The notes: generated from the sequence alone by a model not told the origin. A DNA stretch of 64,000 nt from an uncultured bacterium (GCA_963703245.1 OY969803.1:245842-309841), one strand, 5' to 3'. Positions 46,289-58,314 are shown, counted from the stretch's first letter. A program made the numbers and translations.

Positions 46289-46882
46289 TTAACCTCTTAA
46301 AAAATCCAAATTTTTTGGTATTGATTTTAAGGATTTTTCAAAACGTAGCTTAGGGATTTTTTTGTAATTTTTATTTTTGATCCAGCCAGATTTTGTGTAG
46401 TAATAGCAAGCGCCATGCATTTTTTCCAATTCTTCATAAATATTTTTGTTTTTTTCAGAAACCCAGTTTCCTATTTTCAAAATCTTTTTTAAAGGATTAA
46501 TTGTAATAATATAATATTTGGGAGACACAATTACCCAACTTCCTTTTTCAGCCTTAATGACAAAAACATCTTTAATAATTTTCCCTTTCATTTTTTGCAT
46601 TAAAAATATTGCTTTTCCCTTGAGAACGGTATAAAGTTCCGGAAATTTTTTTGAATTGCGATTACCTTTAGTTTTTACAAATTCTCTTCCAAGCATTTTT
46701 GGAGGGATATCTGTGATATCATATCTTAATTCTTCCATTCTGTTTACCCCACGATACATATAATAAAGCGGAAAATTTTTAGTTGCTTTCAGCAAATCTT
46801 TATCAAAAAGAACATCTTTTATATCATACAAGTATCTAATTTCCGAATATTTACTTTTTATTTTTTGCTTTTTAATTTTCAT
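46289..46882 (-). CDS. Cupin-type phosphoglucose-isomerase-like protein (metal ligands apparently substituted)
   Basis: GREFVKTKGNRNSKKFPELYTVLKGKAIFLMQ aligns by eye with the archaeal cPGI core GKEFFMTKGHFHAKLDRAEVYVALKGKGGMLLQ. The start was set at ATG 46882, 1 nt after the upstream stop. Confidence 0.5.
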   Translation of the reverse strand: MKIKKQKIKSKYSEIRYLYDIKDVLFDKDLLKATKNFPLYYMYRGVNRMEELRYDITDIPPKMLGREFVKTKGNRNSKKFPELYTVLKGKAIFLMQKMKGKIIKDVFVIKAEKGSWVIVSPKYYIITINPLKKILKIGNWVSEKNKNIYEELEKMHGACYYYTKSGWIKNKNYKKIPKLRFEKSLKSIPKNLDFLRG

Positions 46883-46883
46883 T

Positions 46884-48802
46884 TTATTTCCAGCTTCTTT
46901 CTGTTGCAATATACCAATCTTCTATATTAGAAAATCTTTTTGAAGGGTCAACGATTATCTTGACATCCACTCCTTTAATTTCTTTAGAAATCGGATAAAT
47001 GTAATTTGGACTATATAAAAATATAACAGGGACTTCTTCAATTAGAATATCCTGGAATTCTTCATATTTTTGTTTTCTTTCCTGAGCATTCAAATTTTGG
47101 CGAGCGTCTTCAAGAAGCTTATCGGTTTGTTTGTTTTCGAAAATAGCTAAATTTAACCCAGGATCTTTTTTCTGAGAGGAATGCCAGAAAGGGAAGGGGT
47201 CGGGCGTTAAATTTAGAACCTCGCCGAATAACAATGCCTGATAATTTCTTGGTTTGATAATTTCATTCTCTAATTCTGGATTATCGTAAAGTTGAATTTC
47301 TAATTTCAAGCCTAAAATCTCCTGCCAATTATTTTTTAAAAAATTAGCAACCTCCATTAATTCAGGTTGGTTAATTGTTATTATGGATAATTCAAAGGGT
47401 TGAAGTTCTTCGGGAGATTGAGCACAAAGCTCATTAAGTTTTTGGCGCGTGGCTTTTCCGACTTCTCCTGTCCCTTCTTGAAGTCCGGCTGGTTCCAATA
47501 TTTCTTTTTTATATTTTTCTTGGAACTTAATTACTGCTATTTTTGTGTTTTCACCAAAAGTGCCCGTGATTTTTCCGTCAGGATAAATTTCGCTGTCTTG
47601 AGCAAGGCATTTTTGAAGCTCTGTTACTTCATTCCCCTGGGAACCAGTCCTAAGATCTGATTTAAATTGAAAAACTTGTTTTTTTATAATTTTTTCCCTA
47701 AAACCGTCTCCATTAACATCTTGGAAACCGGCTTTTTCTAAAATTTCTTTCGCTTTTTCAGGATTGAATTCAGAAATTTTATTTGGTTTTTCAAATCCGA
47801 AAATTTCCGGCAAAATTGGAGAAAGAACAATTTCTCCCTCTCCTAAAAGCACTTTTTTAATAAGATCTTCTTTGTTGGTTCCCAAATCTAAGGCTTGTCG
47901 GATGTTTTTATCCTGGAAAATTGTCGCTTTTTGAGTATTTAAAAAAACAGAAAAATATCTTGGTAAAGAAAGGCGATGAACATTAAGAGCTTTTCCCTTA
48001 ATTTGATTTAAATCTTTTGCGGGAAGATAACTTAAACCATCCACTCCTCCGTTTTTTAAAGAATTTAATGCCTCTTTTTCATCTTTAAAATATTGAAATG
48101 TTATTTCAGAAATGTAGGGTCCTTCTTTATAATAACGGAGATTTGGAGACAGAGTAAAAGATTTGATATAACCTAATTTATCCTGTTTGAAGTTTTTAAA
48201 TTTAAATGGGCCCGTTCCAATTGGTTGTAAATTATAGACCGTTAAAGCGAAATTTTCCGGAGGAATATCTTGCCAAATATGTTTTGGCAAGATTTTCACT
48301 GTGCAATTTTCCAAAAAACTTGCATAAGGACTTTTTAATTTGAGGCGAATTCCACTTTCATTAATTTTTTCAACTTCCACTCCCAACCAATTTGCCCGTA
48401 GGGGACTTTTATAGTCGGCATTTTGAATAGTTTTAATTGTAAAGATAACATCATCGTTGGTAAATTGTTCCCCATCATGCCAAAGAATGTCGTCTCTTAA
48501 ATAAAATTCATATGTTTTTCCATCATCTTTAATTTCAAAGCTTTTTGCCAAATCAGGAACAATTTTACCTTTCCCGTCATATTTTACTAATCCCGAAAAA
48601 ATTAACTCAACCAAATCGCGGTCGGCGTCATTTGCTGAAGCATAAATAGGATTAATAAGTCTTGGCTGACCAATTATGCCTTCAATATAGTTGCCTCCAA
48701 GCTTTGCCCCAGGCTGGGTTTTTTCTAAATAAAGAGAATATAGAAGGAAAATTCCTGAAAATAAGAAAAGAAATAAAAAACAAAATAAAGCGATTTTTTC
48801 AT
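46884..48802 (-). CDS. Family-5 (peptide/nickel type) substrate-binding protein with an inserted peptidoglycan-binding domain; 5' end frameshifted
   Basis: SBP_bac_5-like sequence throughout. A PG_binding_1-like insert reads GSQGNEVTELQKCLA...ITGTFGENTKIAVIKFQ. The in-frame N-terminal TM segment has no canonical start, but ATG 48802..48800 followed by A6 would give MKKIALFCFLFLF... if the run were A7. Confidence 0.65.
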
Positions 48803-48927
48803 CTCTTTTAAGAATTTTTAGGATTTTTTTCCACTGAGAAACAGCAGGCCACTTAAAAAAGCAAGTCGCCTTTCGGAAAAATAAAGCTATCCGCTCTTTT
48901 ATTTTTTGAAATAGAGTACTGATAGAA

Positions 48928-49143
48928 TTAAAGGAGTAAATTTAAAAAAGCACAGATAATAAAGAGTATCCCAAAGAAAATTGAAGCAAAAAATATTTTT
49001 TTCTGCATTCCTCTTCTCGTCGCGTAAAATCCACCTTCTCCTCCAAAAGAAGAACCCAAAGCAGTTCCTCTTTGTTGGAATAAAATAGTAGCAATTAATA
49101 AAACAGAAATGATAATTTGAATAAAAGGTAAAAAAGTTTTCAT
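48928..49143 (-). CDS. secG: Preprotein translocase subunit SecG
   Basis: 71 aa with two TM helices and LFQQRGTALGSSFGG, the SecG signature loop. Confidence 0.75.
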   Translation of the reverse strand: MKTFLPFIQIIISVLLIATILFQQRGTALGSSFGGEGGFYATRRGMQKKIFFASIFFGILFIICAFLNLLL

Positions 49144-49514
49144 TCTTCTTTTTTTTCTTTAGGAGATGATTTTCTCCCAAAAATTTTGGAAATTATATAG
49201 CTTAAAGCCCAAATTACTAATGTCGTCCAAAATAGGGGAATAATTCCGGGGATAATTAATTCAGGGAAGAAAATATCAACTATCCAAACCATCAGCATAT
49301 TTATCACAAATCCGAAGATGCCGAGAGTTATTATTCGTAAGGGAAGGGTTATTTTCTTTAAAAGAGGTCTTAAAAAGAAATTAAGAACACCTAAAATTGC
49401 CCCGGCCAAAAGCAACATCTGGATAGAACCCTTAAATTCTACTCCGGGAATAAAAACCGTAGCCAACCAAAGACCCAAAATAGATAGAAGGATTTGGGAA
49501 ATTAAAAGTCCCAT
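49140..49514 (-). CDS. Four-TM membrane protein, phage-holin-4 / DUF360-like family
   Basis: LGIFGFVINMLMVWIVD and overall similarity to Phage_holin_4_2-type proteins. It has a 4-nt overlap with secG. Confidence 0.5.
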   Translation of the reverse strand: MGLLISQILLSILGLWLATVFIPGVEFKGSIQMLLLAGAILGVLNFFLRPLLKKITLPLRIITLGIFGFVINMLMVWIVDIFFPELIIPGIIPLFWTTLVIWALSYIISKIFGRKSSPKEKKEE

Positions 49515-49555
49515 GTTTATTTATGCTATCATAAATTTCTTTTCCAGTCAATTTC

Positions 49556-50857
49556 TTAAACAAAAGTATTCCTTTCCCTTAATTTTAAATGATACTTTAT
49601 AGCAAATCTATGGGCTTCGTCGCGAAGTTGGAGAATTAAATTAAAGATTTCCCGAGGTAAATTTTTAAGTAAAAGAGGTTTCTTCTTTCCCTCGATAAAT
49701 AACTCGTTATATTTTTTAGCCAAACTCACTACCTTTATTTTATCCTTAATTATTGATTCTGAATTCTTAATTCTAAGTGCAACGTTTAGCTGTCCGATTC
49801 CACCGTCAATTAATATTAAATCTGGAAATGGCCATTCATGATGATGAAATCTTCTATACAAAACTTCTTTTATCATAGCGACGTCATTTGGCTTGCCAGA
49901 AATTCCGATTTTAAATTTTCGATAAAGATTTTTATTAGGTTTTCCATTAACAAAGGCGACCATCGCCCCCGTAGCATTTTTGCCTTGAATATTTGAAATG
50001 TCGTAAGCCTCAATTTTCGAAAATTGTTTTTTAATTCCTAAAATCTTTCTAAGTTCTTTTTCTACTTCAGTCCATTTATATAAAGATTCATTTTGTGGTT
50101 CGAAAATTTTAGCATTAGCAAAAATTCTTTCCAAAGATCTAAATTGATCTCTAATTTCTGCCGCTTTCTCAAAGTTTTGAGAAGTAGAAGTTTTTCTCAT
50201 TTCTATTTTCAATTTCCTTAAAACTTGAAGCTTCTGCCCTTTTAAAATTTTTATTATATTTTTAGCATTTTTTCGAGATTCTTTTTTAATTTGATTTTCT
50301 AAATTAGGAATCTGTTTAGCTAATCCCGATTTTAACAGACAAGGCGCTTGACATCTATTAAGTTGATACCAAAGACAAGGTCGTTTCGGTAATCTACCGC
50401 AAGTTCTGTAAGGAAAAATTTTTCGTAAAATTTTAAGGGCTTGTTTCAAAACATTACCATCCACAAAAGGTCCGATATATTCAATTTTAGACTTCTGGTT
50501 TGGTTGGTGTGTGATAAAAATTTGAGGGAAATCTTCATTGGTAACAGCAATATAAAAATAATTTTTATCATCTCGCCAAACAATATTATACCTCGGCTTA
50601 TATTTTTTAATTAAATTTGCCTCTAAAATTAAAGCCTCGATTTCTGAATTAATTGAAACATATCCTATTTTTGAAACCTGGCCGATAAAAAGATTGTCCC
50701 GGTAATTTTGTTGCTGAAAATGATTTTTTACTCTTTCTTTGATATTTATTGCTTTACCGATATAAATAATTTCACCTTTTTTATTTTTTAAAAGATAAAC
50801 GCCGGTATTTTTAGGTAGTTGATAGATTTTTTCTGTAGACAAATATTTAATCTTCAT
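49556..50857 (-). CDS. uvrC: Excinuclease ABC subunit C (short form lacking the C-terminal HhH domain)
   Basis: GIY-YIG (GVYLLKNKKGEIIYIGKAINIKERV), a UVR motif (FEKAAEIRDQFRSLE) and an RNase-H-like endonuclease domain ending DEAHRFAIKYH. There is no continuation in any frame after the stop. Confidence 0.85.
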   Translation of the reverse strand: MKIKYLSTEKIYQLPKNTGVYLLKNKKGEIIYIGKAINIKERVKNHFQQQNYRDNLFIGQVSKIGYVSINSEIEALILEANLIKKYKPRYNIVWRDDKNYFYIAVTNEDFPQIFITHQPNQKSKIEYIGPFVDGNVLKQALKILRKIFPYRTCGRLPKRPCLWYQLNRCQAPCLLKSGLAKQIPNLENQIKKESRKNAKNIIKILKGQKLQVLRKLKIEMRKTSTSQNFEKAAEIRDQFRSLERIFANAKIFEPQNESLYKWTEVEKELRKILGIKKQFSKIEAYDISNIQGKNATGAMVAFVNGKPNKNLYRKFKIGISGKPNDVAMIKEVLYRRFHHHEWPFPDLILIDGGIGQLNVALRIKNSESIIKDKIKVVSLAKKYNELFIEGKKKPLLLKNLPREIFNLILQLRDEAHRFAIKYHLKLRERNTFV

Positions 50858-51858
50858 AAAAAGGCTGAAAATAATTGTTTATTTTGATATTTTTTTGTAT
50901 TACCTCACTTATCTTTTTATCCTTGATTAAAACTTCAATCAACTGGCTACTGCATTGTTTTTTCCGAAAATCCTTGGTCAAAAACAAAGTTTCCCAAACT
51001 ATAAAAAATTAAACCGTTATTATATTTTTCATTTTTTTGAACAACATGCGGATGATGACCAATCACTAAATCAGCGCCAGAATCAATAATCATTTCAGAG
51101 AATTCCATCTGGAATTGATTTGGCTCTAAAACATATTCTTCGCCAGAATGTAAAGAAATAATTAAAATATCTACACTTTTTTTTGTTTCTTGGATAATAT
51201 TTTTAATATTTTCAAAATCCCTTTTTGAAACGCAATCTATTCCTGATTTGGTTTCAGTTGCTTTCCAAGAATCAGGACACAAATTAGTAAAAGCTAAAAA
51301 GGCAATTTTTACTCCATTAGTTTCTTTAATTAAAGGTTGAAAAATTGAATTACTAAATCCGCCACCTACATAGTCAATTCCAGCTTCTTTTAATCTTAAA
51401 AAAGTATCTTCCAGGGCCAATCTGCCGTAATCAAAGGCATGATTATTAGCTACTGACAAAATATCAAAACCAGCAAAAGTTAACCCTTCAATTACTTTCG
51501 GGTCAGCGCGGAAAGAATAAATACTGCCCACCTTCGTTCCTTTATCTGAAATTGGTCCTTCTAAATTACCAAATAAAATATCAGCTTTTTTCAGTTCATC
51601 AGTAATTTTCAAAAAAGGAAACTTAAAATCTCCATTTCCTTTTTTCTCAATCATATATTCAACTCCCCGGTCGAGCATAATATCACCGACAAAAATTAAA
51701 CTAATTGGTTTTACTTCCGCAATTTGAGGAGAATAAATCGCTTCGGTTGGTTTTTGTTTGGGGGTTAACTGGCTTAATAAATAGCCGTCGATAAAAGCAA
51801 TTGTTGGAATAAAAACAATTAAAGTGGCAAAAATTAAATTTTTCTCAAATTTCGGCAT
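50847..51858 (-). pseudogene. CapA/PGA_cap-family metallophosphatase with one frameshift near the 3' end
   Basis: IFVGDIMLDRGV...NLEGPIS...VANNHAFDYG...GHHPHVVQ. After ...DQGFSEK the CapA-like C-terminus (SSQLIEVLIKDKKISEVIQKNIKINNYFQPFYED) continues in another frame. The frame is restored if the A6 run (plus-strand T6, 50958..50963) were A5. Confidence 0.7.
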
Positions 51859-52004
51859 ACTACATTAATTTTCCCATAAAAACAGACAAAAGCAAAAGAT
51901 TGATTTTAGTTGACTTAGTTAAAAGAAAATTTATAATAAATAAAATATAATCCTGAAATCCCTTTCTTTTATAGATAGGGTATAAAGGATTATTAAACAA
52001 ATCT

Positions 52005-52688
52005 ATGGAAAATTTAAATCCGGTTCAATCTTTGTCTTTGCTAGACGTAAAAGATTTATTAAAAAGAGCTTGGCAGATTTATAAGACGAGATTTTTAGTC
52101 TTTTTAGGGATAAGCATTTTGCCTATAATTTTTACTTCTTTAATGTCTTTTTATAAGTCTTTTTCCCCGTTAACAATAATTTTTGGTATCATAACTATTC
52201 TTGTCAGTATTTGGTCAGGAGCATCCTTGCTTTACGCCGTCAAAGAAAGAGAACAAAAAATCGGCATAAAAGAATCATTTACAAAAGGTTGGCACAAATT
52301 CATTCCTTATTTATGGATATCTTTTTTAGTAATGCTGATTGTGGCGGGCGGTTCGATTCTTTTTATTATTCCTGGAATTATATTTGCCGTTTGGTTTAAT
52401 TTCGCAACATATGTTTTAATTTCAGAAGACTTAAAAGGAACAAAAGCTCTTTCAAGAAGCAAGCAATTAGTAAAAGGAAAGTTCAAAAGTGTCATTTGGA
52501 GATTTTTTGTAGTTGGTGTTATTTCATTTATTATTCTTGCCGGAATCAGCTTTTTGTTTAGTTTTTTTGGTAAAACTGTTGAAGATGTTGTAAGCTCAAT
52601 TATTTCACTATTTTTAGCGCCGTTTATTACAACTTATTCTTTTCTTATTTACGAAGATTTAAAGAAGTTGAAAGGAGAAACTATTTAA
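52005..52688 (+). CDS. Polytopic membrane protein of unknown function
   Basis: 227 aa with about six TM helices. No catalytic motif was recognised. Confidence 0.5.
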   Translation: MENLNPVQSLSLLDVKDLLKRAWQIYKTRFLVFLGISILPIIFTSLMSFYKSFSPLTIIFGIITILVSIWSGASLLYAVKEREQKIGIKESFTKGWHKFIPYLWISFLVMLIVAGGSILFIIPGIIFAVWFNFATYVLISEDLKGTKALSRSKQLVKGKFKSVIWRFFVVGVISFIILAGISFLFSFFGKTVEDVVSSIISLFLAPFITTYSFLIYEDLKKLKGETI

Positions 52689-52701
52689 CTATTCGTTTTT
52701 T

Positions 52702-52731
52702 AGCTGGCCCCCCTCGAGGGGGCCAGCTTTT
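52702..52731 (+). terminator. Rho-independent terminator
   Basis: AGCTGGCCCCCCTCGAGGGGGCCAGCT, a perfect palindrome followed by TTTT. Confidence 0.8.
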
Positions 52732-52775
52732 ATTATTGTAAAAATTTAAAATTTAGTGTATAATATTAAACTGAG

Positions 52776-55622
52776 ATGGCTGAAAACTATATCAAAATTC
52801 GGGGGGCTAAAGTCCATAATCTAAAAAACATTGATGTGGACATACCGAAAAATAAGCTGGTAGTTATTACCGGAATTTCCGGTTCTGGAAAGTCATCTTT
52901 AGCTTTTGATACTTTATATGCCGAAGGCCAAAGAAGATATGTAGAGTCATTATCTGCTTATGCCCGTCAATTTTTAGGTGTGATGCAAAAACCCGATGTC
53001 GATACAATTGAGGGTATAAGTCCTGCCATTTCAATTGACCAAAGGAAATCAACCCACAACCCGCGTTCCACCGTTGGAACAATAACGGAGATATATGATT
53101 ATCTCCGTCTTTTATTTGCCAGAATTGGGAAACCTCATTGTCCAAAATGCGGAAAACCAATTTCCCTTCAGACAATAGACCAAATTAAAGAACAGGTTTT
53201 GAATTTATCCAAAAACGTAGAAATCACTATTTTAGGTCCGGTTATTCGCGGGAAAAAGGGGGAGCATAAAGGAACCTTAGAAGAAATCCAAAAAGGAGGA
53301 TTTATAAGGGTTAGAATTGACGGAATAATTTATAGAATCGAAGAAGCTTTACAGTTTGATATAGATAAAAATAAAAAACACAATATCGAAGTAGTAGTTG
53401 ATAGGCTAATTTTAAATAAAGATTTGGATAAGTCACGCCTAATAGATTCTTTAGAGACGGGTTTAAAATTAGGGAAAGGAATGGTAATAGTTAGTCAAAA
53501 AGAAAAGGATTTTATTTTTAGTGAGCATTTCGCTTGCGAGGAATGTGGGATTTCTTTGCAAGAATTAGAACCACGACTTTTTTCTTTTAACTCCCCTTAT
53601 GGCGCTTGTTCTTCCTGTCAGGGATTAGGGGAAAAATTGGAAGTCGACCCGAAATTAGTTATATCTAATTTTAATCTGACCATTGCCGAAGGCGCAATTC
53701 AACCTTGGGCTAGAGCTTCTCACAAAATTGGCCGACAAGGATTTTTTTACTGGAAACTTTCAGAACTATCTCAAACACATAATTTTTCTTTAGATACGCC
53801 CGTCAGGGAACTTTCTAAAAAAGAAATTGATTTAATTTTGTATGGTGACGGAGATTTTGAAGGAGTTATTCCCTGGTTGGAGCGGCGTTATCACGAAACT
53901 GATTCTGATTGGGCAAGGGAAGAAATTGAAGAGTATATGATTGAAAGGCAATGCGAAGTTTGTAAGGGGAAAAGATTAAAACCAGAAGTATTGTCTGTAA
54001 CCATCGCAGAAAAATCAATTGACGATATTGTTTCAATTAACGTGGAAAAAGTAAAAGATTTTTTTGAAGAACTATTAAAGCCCAAAAACCATAAACTAAA
54101 AAACAACGAATTAAAGATCAGCCAGCCGATTATCAAGGAAATTATTAATAGAATCCAATTCTTAATTGATGTTGGTTTAGGATATCTAACAATCAATAGA
54201 AAAGCAGGTACTTTGTCAGGCGGAGAGGAACAAAGAATAAGATTAGCCACCCAAATAGGTTCAAAATTAACAGGAGTTTTATATATTTTAGACGAGCCGT
54301 CCGTTGGTCTTCATGCGAGGGATCAGGGAAAGTTAATAGCCACCCTAAGGAAATTACAGGAATTGGGAAATACTATTATTGTTGTTGAACATGATCCCCA
54401 AACAATCAAAACAGCTGATTGGATAATTGATATTGGCCCGGGAGCTGGAAAACATGGCGGAAGAGTCACTTTCGAAGGTACACCCAAAGCATTGTTAAAA
54501 AGCCATACTTTAACTGGAGACTATTTAGCAGGAAGGAAAAAAGTAGAAGTAGAAAAACAAAAAATTAAACCTTCCTCACTCGTTAAAAATACAGAGGGCA
54601 AGCAAAATTATTTAATAATTAAAAAAGCGGCAGAGCATAATTTAAAAAATATCGATGTTAAAATTCCTCTTGGTAAATTCGTTTGCATCACTGGCGTTTC
54701 TGGTTCTGGAAAAAGTTCTTTAATGAATGATATTTTAGCAAAAGCTCTACTGAAAAAATTTTATAAAGCCAAAGAGGAACCTGGAAAACACGAACAGATT
54801 TTGGGAATTGAAAACTTAGATAAAATAGTTTTAGTCGACCAGTCACCAATAGGGAGGACGCCGAGGTCAAATCCGGCTACTTATACAGGAGCCTTTATTC
54901 ATATAAGAGATTTATTTTCTATGACAAAAGAAGCAAGAATTCGGGGATATCAACCAGGTAGATTTAGTTTTAATGTTAAAGGCGGAAGATGCGAGACCTG
55001 TGAGGGTCAAGGCGTAAAGAAAATTGAAATGTATTTTTTGCCCGATGTTTATGTCGAATGCCAGGAATGCAAAGGAAAAAGATTCAATCAAGAAACTCTT
55101 TCTATCCAGTACAAAGGAAAAAATATCGCCGAGGTTTTAGAAATGACAGTAGAAGAAGCTTTGGAATTTTTTAAAGCAATACCATCCTTATATCAAAAAT
55201 TAAAAACCTTAAATGAAGTCGGTCTTGGATATATTCAGATTGGTCAGCCAGCGCCTTCCTTGTCCGGCGGAGAAGCGCAAAGAGTAAAATTAGCCACAGA
55301 GCTTTCCAAAAAAGCCACCGGGAAAAGTTTGTATATTTTAGACGAACCGACTACCGGTCTTCATTTTGATGATGTTAAAAAATTAATTTTAGTTTTAAAA
55401 AGTTTAGTAGATAAGGGGAATACTGTTTTAATAATCGAGCATAATTTAGACGTTATTAAAAATACTGATTGGATAATTGATTTGGGGCCCGAGGGAGGAG
55501 AAAAAGGAGGATTTATTGTTGCCGAAGGCACGCCAAAAGAATTGATAAATGCTAAGAAAAGTTTCACTGGGCAGTACTTGAAAAAGGAAATAAAAAGGTC
55601 TATAATCAGAATCACGAAATAA
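52776..55622 (+). CDS. uvrA: Excinuclease ABC subunit A
   Basis: Two ABC modules ([12 protein letters not shown] and [10 protein letters not shown]), Zn modules ([32 protein letters not shown]) and LSGGE signatures. Confidence 0.95.
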   Translation: MAENYIKIRGAKVHNLKNIDVDIPKNKLVVITGISGSGKSSLAFDTLYAEGQRRYVESLSAYARQFLGVMQKPDVDTIEGISPAISIDQRKSTHNPRSTVGTITEIYDYLRLLFARIGKPHCPKCGKPISLQTIDQIKEQVLNLSKNVEITILGPVIRGKKGEHKGTLEEIQKGGFIRVRIDGIIYRIEEALQFDIDKNKKHNIEVVVDRLILNKDLDKSRLIDSLETGLKLGKGMVIVSQKEKDFIFSEHFACEECGISLQELEPRLFSFNSPYGACSSCQGLGEKLEVDPKLVISNFNLTIAEGAIQPWARASHKIGRQGFFYWKLSELSQTHNFSLDTPVRELSKKEIDLILYGDGDFEGVIPWLERRYHETDSDWAREEIEEYMIERQCEVCKGKRLKPEVLSVTIAEKSIDDIVSINVEKVKDFFEELLKPKNHKLKNNELKISQPIIKEIINRIQFLIDVGLGYLTINRKAGTLSGGEEQRIRLATQIGSKLTGVLYILDEPSVGLHARDQGKLIATLRKLQELGNTIIVVEHDPQTIKTADWIIDIGPGAGKHGGRVTFEGTPKALLKSHTLTGDYLAGRKKVEVEKQKIKPSSLVKNTEGKQNYLIIKKAAEHNLKNIDVKIPLGKFVCITGVSGSGKSSLMNDILAKALLKKFYKAKEEPGKHEQILGIENLDKIVLVDQSPIGRTPRSNPATYTGAFIHIRDLFSMTKEARIRGYQPGRFSFNVKGGRCETCEGQGVKKIEMYFLPDVYVECQECKGKRFNQETLSIQYKGKNIAEVLEMTVEEALEFFKAIPSLYQKLKTLNEVGLGYIQIGQPAPSLSGGEAQRVKLATELSKKATGKSLYILDEPTTGLHFDDVKKLILVLKSLVDKGNTVLIIEHNLDVIKNTDWIIDLGPEGGEKGGFIVAEGTPKELINAKKSFTGQYLKKEIKRSIIRITK

Positions 55623-55669
55623 TATTTCTTAAAGAAAGTTCTTTTTAGTATTTTATAAGGAGGTGTATA

Positions 55670-56173
55670 GTGACTAAACCAGCAAAGAAAGTTATACAAA
55701 TTCTAGACGGTCTTGCTCGTCGACCTTACTGGGTTTCCGATGTAGTTGGCTATAAAGCTGAAAACAAAGTCGTGAAAATGTTAAACTTTTTCGCGAAAAA
55801 AGGAGTAATTGAAAAAGCCAAGCACACCGAAAGATTTTCTAAGCTAGATAAAGAAGGGAAGGATATTGAAGTTCTTTTACTTGGAGGTAAAAAAATCTTT
55901 ATCCAAGTAACAGCTTCTTATCACGAGGAGGACGAGCGTAAATCCCTCGCGAAAAATATTTATTATATTTACATTCGCCCTGGCGACCAGCAGACATTAT
56001 TGTATATTAGGGTACGTAATTTAATATTTGCCGCATATATGGATTTGTATAATTTTGGAAGGCAAACATATCTGTTCAAAAAAATTGTTCCAATATTAAC
56101 AGACGAATCTCTCGAAGAGATGTGCCTGGTCGATAAATTGAAGCGCTGGCTTAAAGAATTTCCGTTGTTTTGA
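55670..56173 (+). CDS. Hypothetical protein
   Basis: 167-aa ORF with a GTG start preceded by the strong SD AAGGAGGTG. The sequence has no motif I can name with confidence. Confidence 0.5.
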   Translation: MTKPAKKVIQILDGLARRPYWVSDVVGYKAENKVVKMLNFFAKKGVIEKAKHTERFSKLDKEGKDIEVLLLGGKKIFIQVTASYHEEDERKSLAKNIYYIYIRPGDQQTLLYIRVRNLIFAAYMDLYNFGRQTYLFKKIVPILTDESLEEMCLVDKLKRWLKEFPLF

Positions 56174-56190
56174 TAAAAACCAAAAATAAA

Positions 56191-56224
56191 AGTAGCATCA
56201 GTAAGCTTACTGATGCTACTTTTT
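56191..56224 (+). terminator. Rho-independent terminator
   Basis: AGTAGCATCAGTAAG/CTTACTGATGCTACT, a perfect 30-nt palindrome followed by TTTTT. Confidence 0.8.
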
Positions 56225-56255
56225 GATTTCCAATGTTTTTAGCAAAGATAAACTA

Positions 56256-56280
56256 TGTGCCGAGGCTTTGCCTCGGTACA
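56256..56280. promoter_or_regulatory. GC-rich palindrome abutting the groES -35 box
   Basis: TGTGCCGAGGC-TTT-GCCTCGGTACA, an 11-bp stem with one G-U pair and no T run. It ends 1 nt before TTGACA. Confidence 0.4.
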
Positions 56281-56281
56281 T

Positions 56282-56309
56282 TTGACAAAATTTGAAATAT
56301 TTATAAAAT
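56282..56309 (+). promoter_or_regulatory. Putative sigma-70 promoter of groES-groEL
   Basis: TTGACA-N16-TAAAAT, about 50 nt upstream of groES. Confidence 0.5.
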
Positions 56310-56361
56310 AAAGTATTAGCAATTTAAAGGTCATTTTTATTAAAAAGAAATTTGTAAAATT

Positions 56362-58285
<1,924 letters not shown>

Positions 58286-58314
58286 AAAGGCGACTCCTTC
58301 GGAGCCGCCTTTTT
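58286..58314 (+). terminator. Rho-independent terminator after groEL
   Basis: AAAAAGGCGACTCC-TTC-GGAGCCGCCTTTTT. Confidence 0.75.

Noticed and set aside
46061-46300. 79-aa plus ORF, and 59739..60005 minus ORF
   Set aside because: Both run through tRNA genes (Leu-CAG and Ser-GGA) and give the WWDSNP / GEIRTREP-type translations typical of tRNA sequence.
48899-49180. 93-aa minus ORF overlapping secG in another frame
   Set aside because: The 48928..49143 frame gives a canonical SecG sequence. The alternative frame has no features.
56225-56361. CIRCE (HrcA operator, TTAGCACTC-N9-GAGTGCTAA) upstream of groES
   Set aside because: Only a TTAGCAATT half-like string is present, with no inverted partner, so it is not a CIRCE element.
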